Shown one piece after another: positions 1 to 12,949 of a DNA stretch of 64,000 bases. The stretch lies in the NCBI GenBank assembly GCA_036172245.1, contig JAYWIR010000033.1, positions 2,108,001 through 2,172,000 on the forward strand, in the 5' to 3' direction. Both the position numbers and the translations under genes were made by a program. Within the stretch, counting starts at the first letter, position 1, and every line of letters starts with the position of its first letter. The stretch comes from Raillietiella orientalis (taxonomy: Eukaryota). A model generated the notes under the pieces. It was not told where the DNA came from, made no database searches, and worked only from the letters and a program-made list of their open reading frames with translations.

Positions 1-2400
1 TTGGACAAGAACTTCCATGGGTTAGCATGCCGTCTTACGAGGAGGGCATCGAACCGATGATGCTAATGGGGTCGGTGTCGCACTGCTTTCAGCTGCTGCT
101 TCTGGACTGCGTCCTGTTGATGCATCGTGAGCCCAAGTCCTCTCGTGATCAACATCCAAGCTCATACTTTGAAGCTTCAAATGAATTTGCCTCAGGCTTG
201 CTGTCTAACTTATTGCGACTCCACTAAAGGTGATTTTTTTTTTTTTCCTCTGATGCCATGTCCTCCTTGAACAAAACCTGGAATTCAGCAGCGATCCTCC
301 TTAATGATGATGATTTCCATAGCTGCCTTTACCATTATCTCAGTTCGAGTCCCTTTTACAAATTCCGCACCACCCTCGTGTAAATTCCACTTCTTCAAGC
401 CACAGGAGCTCCTCCAGCAATCTCGAGATTCCAAAGTGAATCCCATTTTAAATGGGGAGGGACTCTAAAAGGATTTTCCTCCTGAAAAATTGTCGCATCA
501 AATGTTATGATAGCATAATGTGAATATCATAACTTATCGAAATACGCAAGTGAACTTTCATCGCAAAAGTTGGATCCGCTGTCTCGTGTTCCTGCTATCA
601 TCCTCTCTAGTAGTAGAATTCGAGTATAGTGCAACTGAAAGATGTAGATGTAAACAAATAAACCTTCAAGTGCTGCATTCCTCTGAAGATAAAGCAAGCG
701 AGTTCCCGAAGAGCTAACAGCATCCTCACTATTCTATTCAAATTTTGATAGATGAAATAATGTCAGAAGTAAGGATCTGACAGAGACATCATCCTCGCTT
801 GCCTTCTCGCTTGAATTCTTTTTGCGTTTCCGAAGGTTCTTCCACTGAAGACCCATTCTCCGTGCCCTATGCCCTCTACAGCCCAAATGAAGGGCACTGC
901 TGACCCGCGCCGGGACGATGCTCTGGGAATCCGGATGCTGGGATGAAGGGAGTTGCTAATGAAGCTCAGAAGATTCGCTCTGGTGGTCCAGAGGTTTAGT
1001 GAACATTAGTTCCTCACGAGCGTCGCATCTACCGGCAGGCTGTTGGCTGCGAGGGCCTGGCATCTCTACTTCTGCTCCAGGTTGAAGTGCCTTGGCTTTA
1101 TCCTGAGTCACGTGACCTACCTACTGAATATAAATTTCTGAAAAATTTTCAGAAATTCAAGGCAGATGTTTCACTGACCGATACGAAGAGGTCGACAGTT
1201 TGGAGTAAGGACGTAGTTTCCAGCCTCGTTAGGTAGATTGGGTATGCCTAGAAGATATTCCGTTGATTTCTCTGCACGGAGGTGCTCGTTGACTACTCCA
1301 ACATCGGCGACAAATGTGAAAATCGGTAGGCAGAGAGCAAATGGATGGAAACTGCGAGTTTGCATTGAGAATCAAGGAAACTCGTCATCAGTGTACAATT
1401 CACAACTCTTCCTGGAACACAAGCATGAATACAATCTGCATTTGTCTGAATTGAACTGAGATTGAGAAGTTCTCGTGATATCCTAGGTCCCTTGGAAAGA
1501 TGGAATGGGGAGGCAAGAAACTGGCAGCGAAGATCCTCGTTGTTGGTTGCACCCTCAAGCACATCACCCGTGAAACACAAAGATGAATAACTCAGGCATA
1601 GAAAGGAGGAAATTACATACAATCTGGCGTACGATCCAATGCAGAAAAGCACGGCTTTAACTCAGTGGAAAGCTCCAGGACCAAGGGGAGACAGAGACAG
1701 CATCGTGCGTCGGCTCCTTCATTGGTCGTTGGAGGAAGTTTCAGACTTCTCGATTGTAAACCTATTTATGCAGAGAGCAGCAGTTGACTGTTTGTGCGAG
1801 CAGCGCCCACCTCACATCAGAAGGTCAGCAACGTCTTCAGCCAATGAGTTGGAGACTCGAATGCGATTACGGAGAGGCTCCACGAGCTGTTGACTCCTAC
1901 GCAAGAAGAGCGAAAACTGATGGCCTCCCATAAATTCCTTCCTGCAATACGTCCGAAACTGTGCCCACATCTGCAGCTCCAGCCAGACAAGGAAGTGATC
2001 ACAGTGGATGCCGGCTGCCGCTGAGAATATTCTTTTGGAGCACTGGACGAGGCAAGACGAGGGAAAAGCACGTGCACAGGATTAGTTTTCCACCCTGCCT
2101 TTAAAGAAGTAGACAGCATCGCTCTAAAAGACCGTCTCTGGATTCATAGGTTCAGGAGAAACAACCGGGAAACGACGAAGCTTCAGGGAAACCAAAAGAT
2201 CCTTTGCGGATGAATGAAGCACATCAGAAGGGAAATCGTGTGCTCCAGTGCACTCCACTCCAGAGAGGAGAGTGTTGACTCACCAGCCGGTGCGGTCTCC
2301 GTGATCAAGGTCGCCAACAACACGCTACGTCTCTCCGTGGCCGTGGCGTGTTTGGTGACCCATCTGTTGAGCATGTGACGCAGCTATTCTGCCCATCCTC
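1..2400 (-). mobile_element. Highly degraded Gypsy-like LTR retrotransposon pol remnant
   Basis: Minus-strand motifs in pol order: LFPRLASSSAPKEYSQR (RT, cf. RLPFG.SSAP..FQR) near 2050; SIQTNAD (cf. LQTDAS) near 1450; EYLLG..YVLTPNCRPL (RNase H) near 1200; HDASTGRSPE (integrase tail) near 110. Boundaries are approximate. Confidence 0.5.
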
Positions 2401-2999
2401 CGCAACCTCAACGAGTGCCGCACCAGCGGCTCCTCGCCGCTGCCACGCGCAGGCTATCAGGGGAGGGTTCCATCCGGCTGTTCACGACCAGAGGAGTCGC
2501 AGCCGCCACTGGAGGCTCAAAAGGGATGGCATCAGGCCGGTCGGGATGTCCTCGGGGTTATTCTAAGTGTCTGCGGCAGGCTGGCATTGCTGATACGGGG
2601 CGAAGACCTTCTTTGGATCAGGGTTCTCTTACCGAAAAAGCAAGCTGGGCAGCTGTCGTCCCTCCGCTCTTGCATACGAGCTTCAAACTATCCCTCAGGG
2701 TGTGCAACGCACGAGTAAGCCCAGTGGCGGCATTCCTAGTTAGTCTGGGGCACAACCACTCTGTGCTGGGTCAAATATTGGATGTTAGTCTGCTTTACGT
2801 TTACAGCTGGTTCAGACTGCGTGAAGAAGACACCACGGTTGCTCCTAAAAAAAACAAACACAAGCGTCATGGGAACTGTGTTCACCGTTGCACCCGGGAA
2901 GGGAGGATCGGCCGTTTCAGTTTCTTATCCGGTTGCGCTGGGACTTTTACTCACAAATGAGCAAACCATCAGTAGCCTGGGAACATTGTTAGATATTCC

Positions 3000-3890
3000 C
3001 AGGAAAAGGAAAAACAAGTTCAGGAGGATGAATCCCCGACACTCAGGTGGGGCACACTAAGGCTGGCGTCTGCAATCCTGGTGACCCCTTCTGGGGACGC
3101 TCGTGACCTTAACACGTAGTGGACCTTGACAATGGCGCGGATGCAACTGATCGTAGCGATGACCGCACCTAGTGAGAAACCTCCGCGCATGAAGAAGCGA
3201 AGCATGATGTCGAGGGAGGTGTTCTCCTGGTGTAGGAGCGCTGAAGGCAGCCTCCACCACAGTCCTTGGAGGGCACCGAAGTCGAAGAGCGTATGAGGAA
3301 GCGATTCCGCTGCCCTGCACCTTCCACAGTTCGGGCACGCAACTCCGCCAGAAACGTGGTAGGCGCGCTGATTGCAATTGCAATGGAAGCCCCAATGCAA
3401 CAGCAGAACCACGTCCTGTTTACACTGAAGAGGGAACACAGACGTGTCCACGTATCAGGGAGGGACAAGTTCTTCGGGGATCACACTCAAGAGTTTGCAC
3501 CACCGAAGGAGTCCCTACGCACAATTACGAGCGGCAGCGTTTGCCTGCTCGCTCGTCTTCCAGCCGCCCATGAGTCTGCTTTCTCCTGCGATCGTGCAGG
3601 TACCTTCCACCACGCCGGTAGGAAACTGTCATCTTTTGACCTAAGGGCAGAGTGCCATGCGGAAAGGGGCGTGGTGGTCAGGAGAGTCCATTTGTCCGGG
3701 TCCCCATACTCTACCAGATACAATGGGGAAAGGTGATCGCAGCGAAGTTCCAAAAGCAGCACTTCCTGATGCGTTGCCCAGGACGATAACGTCTTCTGCA
3801 GCCACGTTAGAGTTCGTTGGACGGCAGGAGATCCACGAATGCGCTTCCAGGAGCGAGGCGAGCCTCAGCCGGAAGTAGAATCCTCTCATG
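3000..3890 (-). mobile_element. Tx1/L1-like LINE 3' remnant (zf-RVT-like region)
   Basis: ACPNCGRCRAAESLPHTLFDFGALQGLW matches the C..C....ES..H.F..C......W pattern at the C-terminus of L1/Tx1 ORF2. Confidence 0.6.
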
Positions 3891-3965
3891 ACGCACGGGG
3901 AGTGAGGAAAACGGAAACTTAGCGGAACTTAGCTGCCGGTACGCGCCTGCTGCCTCAGCGCTATA

Positions 3966-4240
3966 CCAGCATCAGGATGCCCAAGCCAGGATCCCAACGC
4001 AAAGCTTCCAACTCATTAAGGCGTATCCTGGACTTCGCAGGACTCCACAGAGCATTGCAGCGCCGCGCAGGAGCATACCACGGAATCCACCACAGCTTGA
4101 GCATACGGAACCCCACTTGCAGATTGATCCTGTCCAGCATCAAGATGCTCAAATCAGGATCCCAACGAGAAAACTCCAAGCCCCTAAGGCGTACCCAGGA
4201 CTACGCAGGACTCCACAAAGCGTTCCTCAACAGCTTGGCC
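3966..4240 (+). repeat. Imperfect 168-bp tandem duplication upstream of the PPT, resembling a Gypsy 3' internal region
   Basis: ccagcatcaggatgcccaag...ggactccacagagc at 3966 recurs as ccagcatcaagatgctcaa...ggactccacaaagc at 4134. It encodes GSQR...LRR.QDY-like peptides. Confidence 0.75.
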
Positions 4241-4287
4241 GAGTAGGGGCTCGGACAAACAAAAAAGAGGGGACGTAAAGGGGGGGT

Positions 4288-4556
4288 CGTTGTAGTAGGC
4301 TTTCAAAAAGATTTCGGCTGCGTCGTTAGGCAGTCCCTTTTGAATCTGGTGGAGCGGCTCGGCTTCCAGCCTGGCTTCTCGGTTACCAAGCTCGCTCTGG
4401 TGAGTCTCTGTAGCGCTCTATTCAACGAAAGGTCAAGATCAAATAAAGAATACATTCGGGTTCTTAAGCCCGATGCACTTCAGCCTTTGAGCTCGAGCTG
4501 GACGCGTACCGTGGGCTGCAGTCCACTTCCCGTCGAAGTCGGATGACACGCCAACA
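4288..4556 (+). mobile_element. Single LTR (~270 bp) with upstream PPT and downstream PBS-like sequence
   Basis: Polypurine tract aaaggggggg at 4277-4286; termini cGTTG...CAACA; AATAAA at 4442-4447; tTGGTAGCGTAGCCG immediately after the end. Confidence 0.7.
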
Positions 4557-4699
4557 TTGGTAGCGTAGCCGACGTCTCGATCCTGCTTCTGCCTGCGCAG
4601 ACCCTTGCAGTCTCATTTGAGTTTTCTTTTCCCAGATTTTACGACAACAGCGAACGAATCCAGATCAGCACGTGGACGTCGCAAATCCTAGCATCCTGA

Positions 4700-5430
4700 T
4701 CGTCTTCCGATGATGAGGAAGGATCTTCCTTGAGAAATACCGTGAGTAGATCCCCTACCTACTTGTGAATGCGCATGGCTTCGCCCTCGTCGAAGGAGAT
4801 CCGATCCTCTTGTTTGGAGAGAGTGCACCGTGCCCTCTCCCTCGTTCCACGACAGTGGAATCCTGCAAGGGCAGGGATGCGCAACATCTTTGCCACGTCC
4901 CTTTTCGGGTGCTTTTTCGTTTAGCACGGAGGCTGTTGGGTGCTCCGTGAGATCGCCGGTCTGATGTTGTGCGGCTTCCCCAGATCGAAGGTGCGACCGA
5001 ATGACTTGGTTCCTCCTGCACAGCCTCTGGATCCGAACTGGAACATCGCTCCGATGATTGGCGCTCTTGGCATGGCTCTGGAACACTGGTCTATCCCATC
5101 GCTCATCCTGCTGAAGCGTGCCGCAAACCGAGAAGCATCGGCGCCTCCATTATTCCACGCTACTTCGAAATAGAGGGAGGTTTGCTTTACGTGCTCCGCC
5201 AAATCGCGTGGCTGCTGCAAAATCTCGAGTGATACTCTGCCGTCCTCTAAACAAGATGGTGATCGGATCGTCTGAAGTCACTGAAAACGTGAAGTGGGAC
5301 AGTATCCTTTGCGGCTCTGCACTTTGCCTCGAAGGGAGACACGGCGACCGAAAAAGCAATCATCCAGGAGTCCCTGGGAACGTGAGATCCTAGGAACAGC
5401 GATGTACGCATCGTGCTCTGGATCCTCAAG
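4700..5430 (-). mobile_element. Tx1/L1-like LINE remnant (end of AP endonuclease and linker)
   Basis: FSDFRRSDHHLV carries the APE SDH motif, followed by EHPTASVLNEK, which resembles the linker. Same strand as, and collinear with, the 3000-3890 remnant. Confidence 0.45.
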
Positions 5431-5449
5431 GAGCAGGCCGAGGAATGAA

Positions 5450-8400
5450 GGATCAGCTTCGAGGTGACGAATGCTTTCAGCGAAAGCGCGGAAGTATGGT
5501 TTCAGTAGGCAAACGCTGACTCCCTTGCCTCACCATCTGGAGAGTCGCTCAAAGGGCGCAAGGGGCGCGAAGCGGGCGCCTGCCAGAGGGCGGATCTGGA
5601 ACCCCAGGACAAGATGGGATCATTCGTAGGGGGAACTCTTCATGCCAAACTCGCTCCGATCTGGTTCCACGAGTTCTTCGATCGGGTCAAGTGTCTTCCG
5701 ATTCGAATGTCAAGCAAACGGCTATGACAACGGGAACACGAGACGATGGGCGGCTCCGGTTTCCGGTTCACACCGACGGAAACGCAGCGCAGAGAACGAG
5801 TTTCCCCCTTTTCCACTAAACTCCAGGGAGACGCATCAACAACTTCAAGAACCGAGAGGAAGCAGCGGGACCAAAGGCATGGACTCCCAGATCCTGATCC
5901 TACACGAACGAGCAGAAATCTTCGGCGACGGGTAGCGAAAGGTGGGGAAAGATTAAGCTGCTCGGAAGCGGGAAAGCAAAGGAAAGCCAACTTGCTGCGT
6001 TCAAAGAAAGAGAAAGATGCGTGGGTTCCATTGGCGGCCGCTTAAAAGGACACGAGAAGACGAGAAGTGATTTTTTTCTTCCCCTCTCAGTTTTAGAATA
6101 TGTGTCCTTAAAAGGCTTTCTACCTTTCCCAGACTACTGTCTGCTACGGATGCTGACCCGCTGCAAAGCACCATGTGGACTGAGCGGAAAGACTTCTCCC
6201 ACCTATTCTTCATCTCAGGATCCCATCCCATGGGCAGGAATCCTCATCATTTCCGAGGCTGCGGTTCTCCACTTCCAGGTATCGGTTTCAGGGACTGAGC
6301 CGTGACTGCGACCTGCCGAAGACCACGATGCTTCCTGTCGGCTGTAAAGCCTCATCGAGTCCAAATGTTCCTGCAAGAGCACTTTTCCTTCTTCCTCCTC
6401 CTTCTCTCATGCATAACCATCGCCTCCACCATGCGCACCCTGATCAGTGGGACGGGAAAGACGTAGATGCTCCCGCAAAGTGGACGGCTGAACGAGCCCG
6501 TCGCTCGGCTGGAAACGCCTCGGGCAGCGAGGGAAGCCGCGCCAGAGGACCTCGTCGCTCGGGAAGAATCGGACGAAAATGATTTGCGGAAATTTGGAGA
6601 TCTCGGACTTGTTCGGCGACGCGTCATCCCTTCCTCCGGGCCAGCAGCAGGCAGGCTGCCATCTTGCTGGCGCATTGGCAAGTCCTCCGAAACGCGGAGT
6701 CACGACGCCTCAGGGGACAGAGTGTCGAAGGAGAGTGACCCAGTGGGATAGTGGGAACGCTGTCGCACGTGCTTCCACAATGCGGAAGGTTACGATAGCG
6801 AACTGCAATGTCATCTCTTTCGAGGCACTTGGGGATCGGTCGGATCACCAGCAAATCATTGATACCCTCGCTCTCCTCAGGGTACGCTCTGATTTTCCTG
6901 TTGCTTCTTTGGCCTATCTCCAATCTCGCTGGATGCCTCTTTGAGCTCGTGACCTTCCATAAATTTTCGGACCACTGGAGCTTGCTTGTTTACGTTTCTT
7001 GTTTATTGGATATCTAAGATTATAGTAAGCGCCCCTGCGTGACCTCACCCTTGATTGCCAGGCCATCTAACTTTAAGTAAATAAAGGCAGCTTTTACGAC
7101 CAGGGAGAGCAGGCATGTACTGACCCGAAACGAAAGGGACCACACCTCTCTGGGGAAAAAAATGAGGGAGGGAGAACAGGGAAGGCGGAGAAAGGAAAAT
7201 GACCAAGTAAACTGGAAATGACCTGTGCCAATACTGAACATGATTGCCGAGGGCCTGCATCGGTCGGGGAAGGGATGGAGGAACGAGTCCACGTCGTTCT
7301 GCCTCACTATAGGAAGGTCCTCCTGCACCTTGAATCCCGGGCTGCACCAACTCCACTGCGTTTCGCAGGCAGGTGACGACGACCGGAAACAGCTCCTCGG
7401 AACGACGGCCGCTCCTTTCCGGCGCTGAGCACTGCTCGCACCGGACAGATCTCCAGCGAGGAGTCAACATGCGTTCACTACCTCCGTTAGACGGCAGGAG
7501 TGTCTTCCGAGTACGGCATGCCCTCCTCTAGTCCCTTCCATAGCCTACGAGATGGCACTGCAGTCCGGTATCAAGTGAAAGAAATATTCGAATATGCCCG
7601 CCTCAGTTACCACGGTTCACAGAAGTGCTCGCCCTTTTTCAATGGTGGCGAACGGAAGGGATACAGGACTCAGCATCCTGAGTGAAGGAAGATGGACCTG
7701 CAGCTCCAGTCAAGGACCATGTCCTCGATGACCGGGAACTGTATGCGGCATGTGGTCCTGCCTGAGAGAGCCATCTTGAGGCACGCGACCTATTGCTGGG
7801 AACGAAAGACGTCCGCACTCCGAAGTGCCTTCATCTTCTCCGAAGCTGCTACCTCGCTGAGTTCTTTGGTTCCCGTTGAGACAGATCGCTGTCCTGTGGA
7901 AAGAACATCAATGGATCTCCTGTCTTTCCTCAAACCACAATATCCAGTGGCAGGAGGCAGTGGGCACCTGGTTACTGAAGCTCACTGAAGCAACGATTTC
8001 ATCCACAGCCTGGAAGCCACTGCGTTGGCGGACGTGCAGCTGCGATGTTCGTGCATGGTATCAAACGTTGCGGGTTCGAATCCCCACGTGGAAGATCAAC
8101 ACCTAGAGATGAGTACGTCGTGGGTTTCAAGTTCTACCGCTGGATGACATTAGTTGGCTTATTCAGGTGCGTACTGACTCGAGTCGGATTCTATCGTTGG
8201 CTGGCACCAGGACTGGACGTTGACACTCCGGGGTCCTCACAGGAATCAAGGATCGCTCCCCTTCAGGTTCTTCACCGGTTTTGCAAACGGATTCGCACCA
8301 TGGAGCTGGTGGATTCTCTTTCCAAAATGTGCAAAGGTGCGCTGCTAGCTTTGGGCAGCGACCTTCCAGAGAAATTTGGAAAGCGTCCCTTGTCTTCAGA

Positions 8401-10400
8401 GGAGGAAACCAAGGAGCGTTTCCCTTGAGGATTCCCTCCGAAGGAGAAATTCCAGGAGCGGCTCCTTTCCTGTTTCCCTTAGGAGGAGATACGAGGGCTT
8501 GCTTCCACCGGGGATTCCTCCGGAGAGAATAATAGAGATTTCCCCTTTGGGACTTTCTAGAAAGCGTAAGTGCAAAGGACTCTTTCGTTCGCACCTTCTT
8601 GGATTCATAGGATTCAGGAATCTGGACCCTACAGTGTTACCCCTTTTTACTTGAAAAGAGACACTCACCCTCGGGCGACGGCGGCAGTGTTAAAGAGCCT
8701 TGTGCGCCCTCCATAGGAGGCGAACACCTTCAGCACTTACCGAAAAACGAAACAAAACAAAACAAAGCTGGAAGGAAAGCAGCGAAAACAGAAGAACCCA
8801 AAAGGATTTCCAGTTTCCCCTTGGCATCAGCCCCTGGAGGAAGTGGAGTTCGGTACTGCCGGCAAACAACGGAAGACCACAAAACCTCCAAGAAAAGCAA
8901 CTCCATAAAAGAGTTCTGTAGAGCATTTCCAGTCGTGGATGCGCAGTTGTCTTCTTCGCAGCCCAATGATGATGACAAAATGCATAGGAAAGCATCGAAT
9001 TTCGGGGTCACTTTCACTTCAGCATCATGCACCTCCGGTTCGCAGTTTGTAGATTTGTCCATGCTGCGCGACTCGAAGCTTTTCGTCCGGGAGGGCACCG
9101 CTTACCCAGGGAAAGCGCCGATCCCTCGTGCAGAAGGTGAAGAAAGCAAGAAGGACCACCGTCTCATATCTTCAGCGGATGCGTCAGAAACCGCTGAAGG
9201 CGTGACGGCTGGAGGCGACCCAGGTCAAGAAGGCTGCGCTCGGAGTTGGGGAGCGACGACCAAGGTGCTTCGGGAACACACTCGAAGGTAGTTCTAGTAC
9301 TCAAGGGCTGAAGGCAGTACTAGAGGACTCTTTCCCCAATGAATAAGTCACCAACGGTGCTGGAAGAAACGAGATAGAAGTGTCTACAGTCGGCACTCCA
9401 CTTTCCCTTGAAAGGCGTGTCAGCTTCATGGAATCTCTGGAATGTCGGGCTTCTTAAAACCATGTAGTGTTGAGGAGAATGAAAATTCTGAAGGAACGGA
9501 GCAATCGAAGAAGAAATGGTGCACTGGAGCATCCTTGAGGTGGAAGCAGCTTGTCGGCTCATTCTTCAGAAGGACTCAAAAGTAAAGATCGTATCACCAT
9601 ACTTCCTCCGGAAGACCACGTGACGGCTTCGGAATATGCCAAAAAGAGGAAAGAGAACAAGTGCTGGTATCCAGTCGCGTCCCCAGAGGGAACGCCCGCT
9701 GTGATCTGTGGTGGGATCTCCCGGGGCGCAGGACACCAAAGACAGGACGACGTCGAAGAAACCGAAGTCCTGCGGAAAAGATCCGAGACCACCTGAGAAG
9801 GAAAATAGTCTCCGGGAACTTCCAGAGACGTTCCCACCTTATCCAGTGGGTGCATGTGATGGGCTCACTGTCAGCATTCCTCCAGCCGTGGCCAAGCAGC
9901 CAGTATGGTCCGGAAGCATATTTCTGGAAGATCTCCAAAGCCATCAGAATTGCTGAGCATCTGGCAATATAGAGTTAAAAAAAACCAATCCTATATTATG
10001 GGAGTCTCGAATGGGTCACCTCCAGTATTGGAAGGAGCTATGAAGATCATAGCAAGAGTTGAAGAGAAGAGGCAGGAGATCATAGTGGAAAACTACCTCT
10101 TCATCTGTTTACATCCCCCTCTTTAGCATTTTTTTTATGTACAGGAATCTGAGAAAAACTATCTCAGAGCAACGTAAAGACGAATTCCCGAGGTTCGCAA
10201 TAAGTTACGGTGCACCGTGCTCTGGAAGAAAATTCCCACCCTTTGTGAAATCGCCTACCAGGCAATCTTTTCCAGCATCCGTTCGAAGCATTCCACCTCA
10301 GCCACACACCAGCTGGTGGTCTCGCAGGGCAATGCTTCCTCCGCCCGCTGATGGTTTCTCGAAGGCCGAGGCTGCCGGGTAATCGTGTCGGCTCCAGCAG
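5450..10400 (+). mobile_element. Degraded Gypsy-like element (gag-pol remnants) interrupted by a SINE-like insertion
   Basis: Gag-like FRFECQANGYD and PDQWDGKD. RT-like DLQRG and YGMPSS near 7450-7530. Integrase-like IVSGNF...QWVHVMG...PWPSSQYGPE near 9800-9910 (cf. IVSDNG..F...G....PYHP.SNG.AE). Many stops and frameshifts. Confidence 0.5.
8016..8690 (+). mobile_element. tRNA-headed SINE-like family copy (near full length)
   Basis: Head gcgttggcggacg...gggttcgaatccc (B-box at 8072-8084). Body is similar to the 38600, 49406 and 60470 copies. Shared tail motif ccttcttggattcatag. Confidence 0.75.
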
Positions 10401-11299
10401 TGGAGATGCGAGTCTCTCGGGTGAAGATGGTTTCAAGCCTCATTCCCAGAAACGACTTTGTAGGAAAGAGAAAAAAAAGACCATAATATCCTGAAGCCGT
10501 TTTCCCCGAAGAAACCCAAAAAAAAATTGTTTTGAGAACTTCGGTCTCTTATGACGTTCTGAAATTCAATTACGCTATTTGTTGGTATCCATTATCATTT
10601 CCAAGTAAAGACATCGAGTTCTTCATTTCATCCATTGCTCTTTATGAGTGATGGTAAAACAGAAGTCATCTCTGACAACTGGTTAGTTATTTACGTTAGC
10701 ACTGTCTTTTGCAAATCTGCTATAAGTATGAAGAACGTCCCTCGACAGTGACAGCGATTTACTTTAGCATACTTGGGGGTGTCCCCAATAGTGGGATGGT
10801 TAGCAAATTAGACTGATCCTACTAGCAGAGGATTGATGACGTAAATAATTTCATATCCCTGATCGTTAACGAACTTCCACTCTGCATGGCTAAAGAATCG
10901 AAGGACAACTGCACTTTGCAATGCACATGCTTTAAGACTCGGAGCGGAGCTTATAGTTGAGAAGATTACAGGAGCAATGATTCTCGTGTTTTCCTGGGCA
11001 GTTCAATGCAATTCTACCACAGAAGCCAGAAGTGTAGCTCCATGGTCGCAGTCTACTCCCAAAGACGGCCACTCAGAGAACTGCACCGATTCCGATGCCT
11101 CACCACCTGATCGGGAAGCCATCGCGCAATTTGTCAAAGAACAGTTGCAGCATACAGTGAAACGATGACGGTCATCGTTTGGGCAGCCGTGCAAGAAAGC
11201 CATCACGTCCCATCACTAACTGCAAAGGTGTGATGGGACGGAGTCTCATGTGGTCTTTCAGTAGTTTGTTGGGCCTTGCAGCGCTTTGTTTTCAAGACA

Positions 11300-12300
11300 A
11301 AGGAGCGAACAGTCTGAGAAAACAAAAAAATCAGCTGATTTGCACGGTTCCAAATGACTGACCAAAGAAGCAGGCAAACAACTTGCTAGCCATCCTCTGA
11401 TCACCTGCCTTCACTCCTGGGGGATTGTCAGTAAGCTAGGATTGTGACCGTTGGCAACCGCTCCAAGGGCTTCCAGGGGCCTCTGCGGAAATTCAAGGCA
11501 CTTGCAGTGTTCCGTCCTCAGTACACTCCTGCCCTTAAAAAATTGTACATGCTCACGAGTGTTTGCAATGAATTTTAGAGAGAAAAATTTCATCTGGCTC
11601 CTCCCTTTTGTCGTACACTGGTTGCATCTGGGTTGAGCATCTCCAAGGAACAGAATGGGATGCCGAGTCAGAGTTCCCTCCAGGCAAACACTGGTTGTGG
11701 ACGAGGATGCGCTTATCGTCCGAGAGCAGGAGCACTCCTCGAGGATGAGGCTTGAAACCGAACCGTGCGCAGAGATGAGGAAGCACTCCTTAGTTCTCAG
11801 CGCTAAAAGCACCCACATCTTGCAAAACACTCTCAGGAAGACTGGAGATGGGTTCGATCTCCGCAGAGAATCTCGCGGTCTTCATTGATCTTTGCATGAT
11901 AACGGTGGACACAGGGTATTCGCAATGGATGTAGTGAATGCAGCAGCCTCTCCCCGTGTTTCAGCCAGTTCCTGTACAGCTAGCAGCTGAAGATAATGCA
12001 TCAGAAGGAGGCAAGCTGAACAGGCTCTTCGCTGTTCCGATAACATTTGATCTTGTTGGAGCGGCGAGCCAGTTTGATATCAGGATGATATCACCTATTG
12101 CCGACCATAAGGATGCAAAGTTCATCAATAAGGGGATTGTGTGTGCTTCTTCTCGTTGTTTATACCGTCTACCCTCAGCCAGCAGCTGAGATAATTACCT
12201 GAAAACGGAATTACACGATCCGAAACATGCAGCCTCACTGATTCTTACCTGAGAACAAACCAAGTTGCATAGCGTTGATAGCCACCGATGATGGTCGCAC
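11300..12300 (-). mobile_element. Degraded LINE AP-endonuclease remnant
   Basis: ILFLGDAQP (cf. IILGDFN) at about 11640 in a stop-riddled region. Boundaries are approximate. Confidence 0.35.
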
Positions 12301-12949
12301 GCACGAACCGTCATAATGGAATAAAAACCCACCGACTCACTTGTCCATCAACGTCCACACCACCGTGGCGGTGAGCAGCCATTCAGTCCAAGTACCGCCT
12401 CCAAGGACCCACGTCAGTAAGTTGGCCAATCCAGTCTGCTTTATAGGGAAAACTAAATTCTTGTGGGTTCAGACCGACGAGAGAGCAGTCTAAGAAAGAA
12501 GAGTCCTCGGGAAGTTTTGAAATGCCCTCATGTTAGTCTGGGGAGTTCTTTCCTGAGATACCGGGCATCCAAGAATATCTCTCTGACTGCGGTCAAGGCA
12601 AAAAAATCTTACTGGAAAAGAGCCTGGATGTTTGGGGACCTCTCTTAGGGACTTAGGCAGCCCTCAAGAAACAGTATCCAAACTGCTTCCTTTGGCACTG
12701 GGTGTCTTCAAAGGACAACAGTTGTCCCTTCAAAGACGAGAGAAGCTCTAGGAAATATCGTCCTTACCGTTCTTGCACCAACGAAAGAGTAAACGAACTG
12801 ATAGATCGGAAGCTCATCTTCACAAGTCTCCTCAGCAATTTCACAAGAGATGCGGATCACATGTCGGCTGCTAGAGCGACCTCCTACAGCAAACTGACCA
12901 TCAAAACGTGCGGGACGATGACTCTCTAGTATTCCAGATAAGGTACGCT

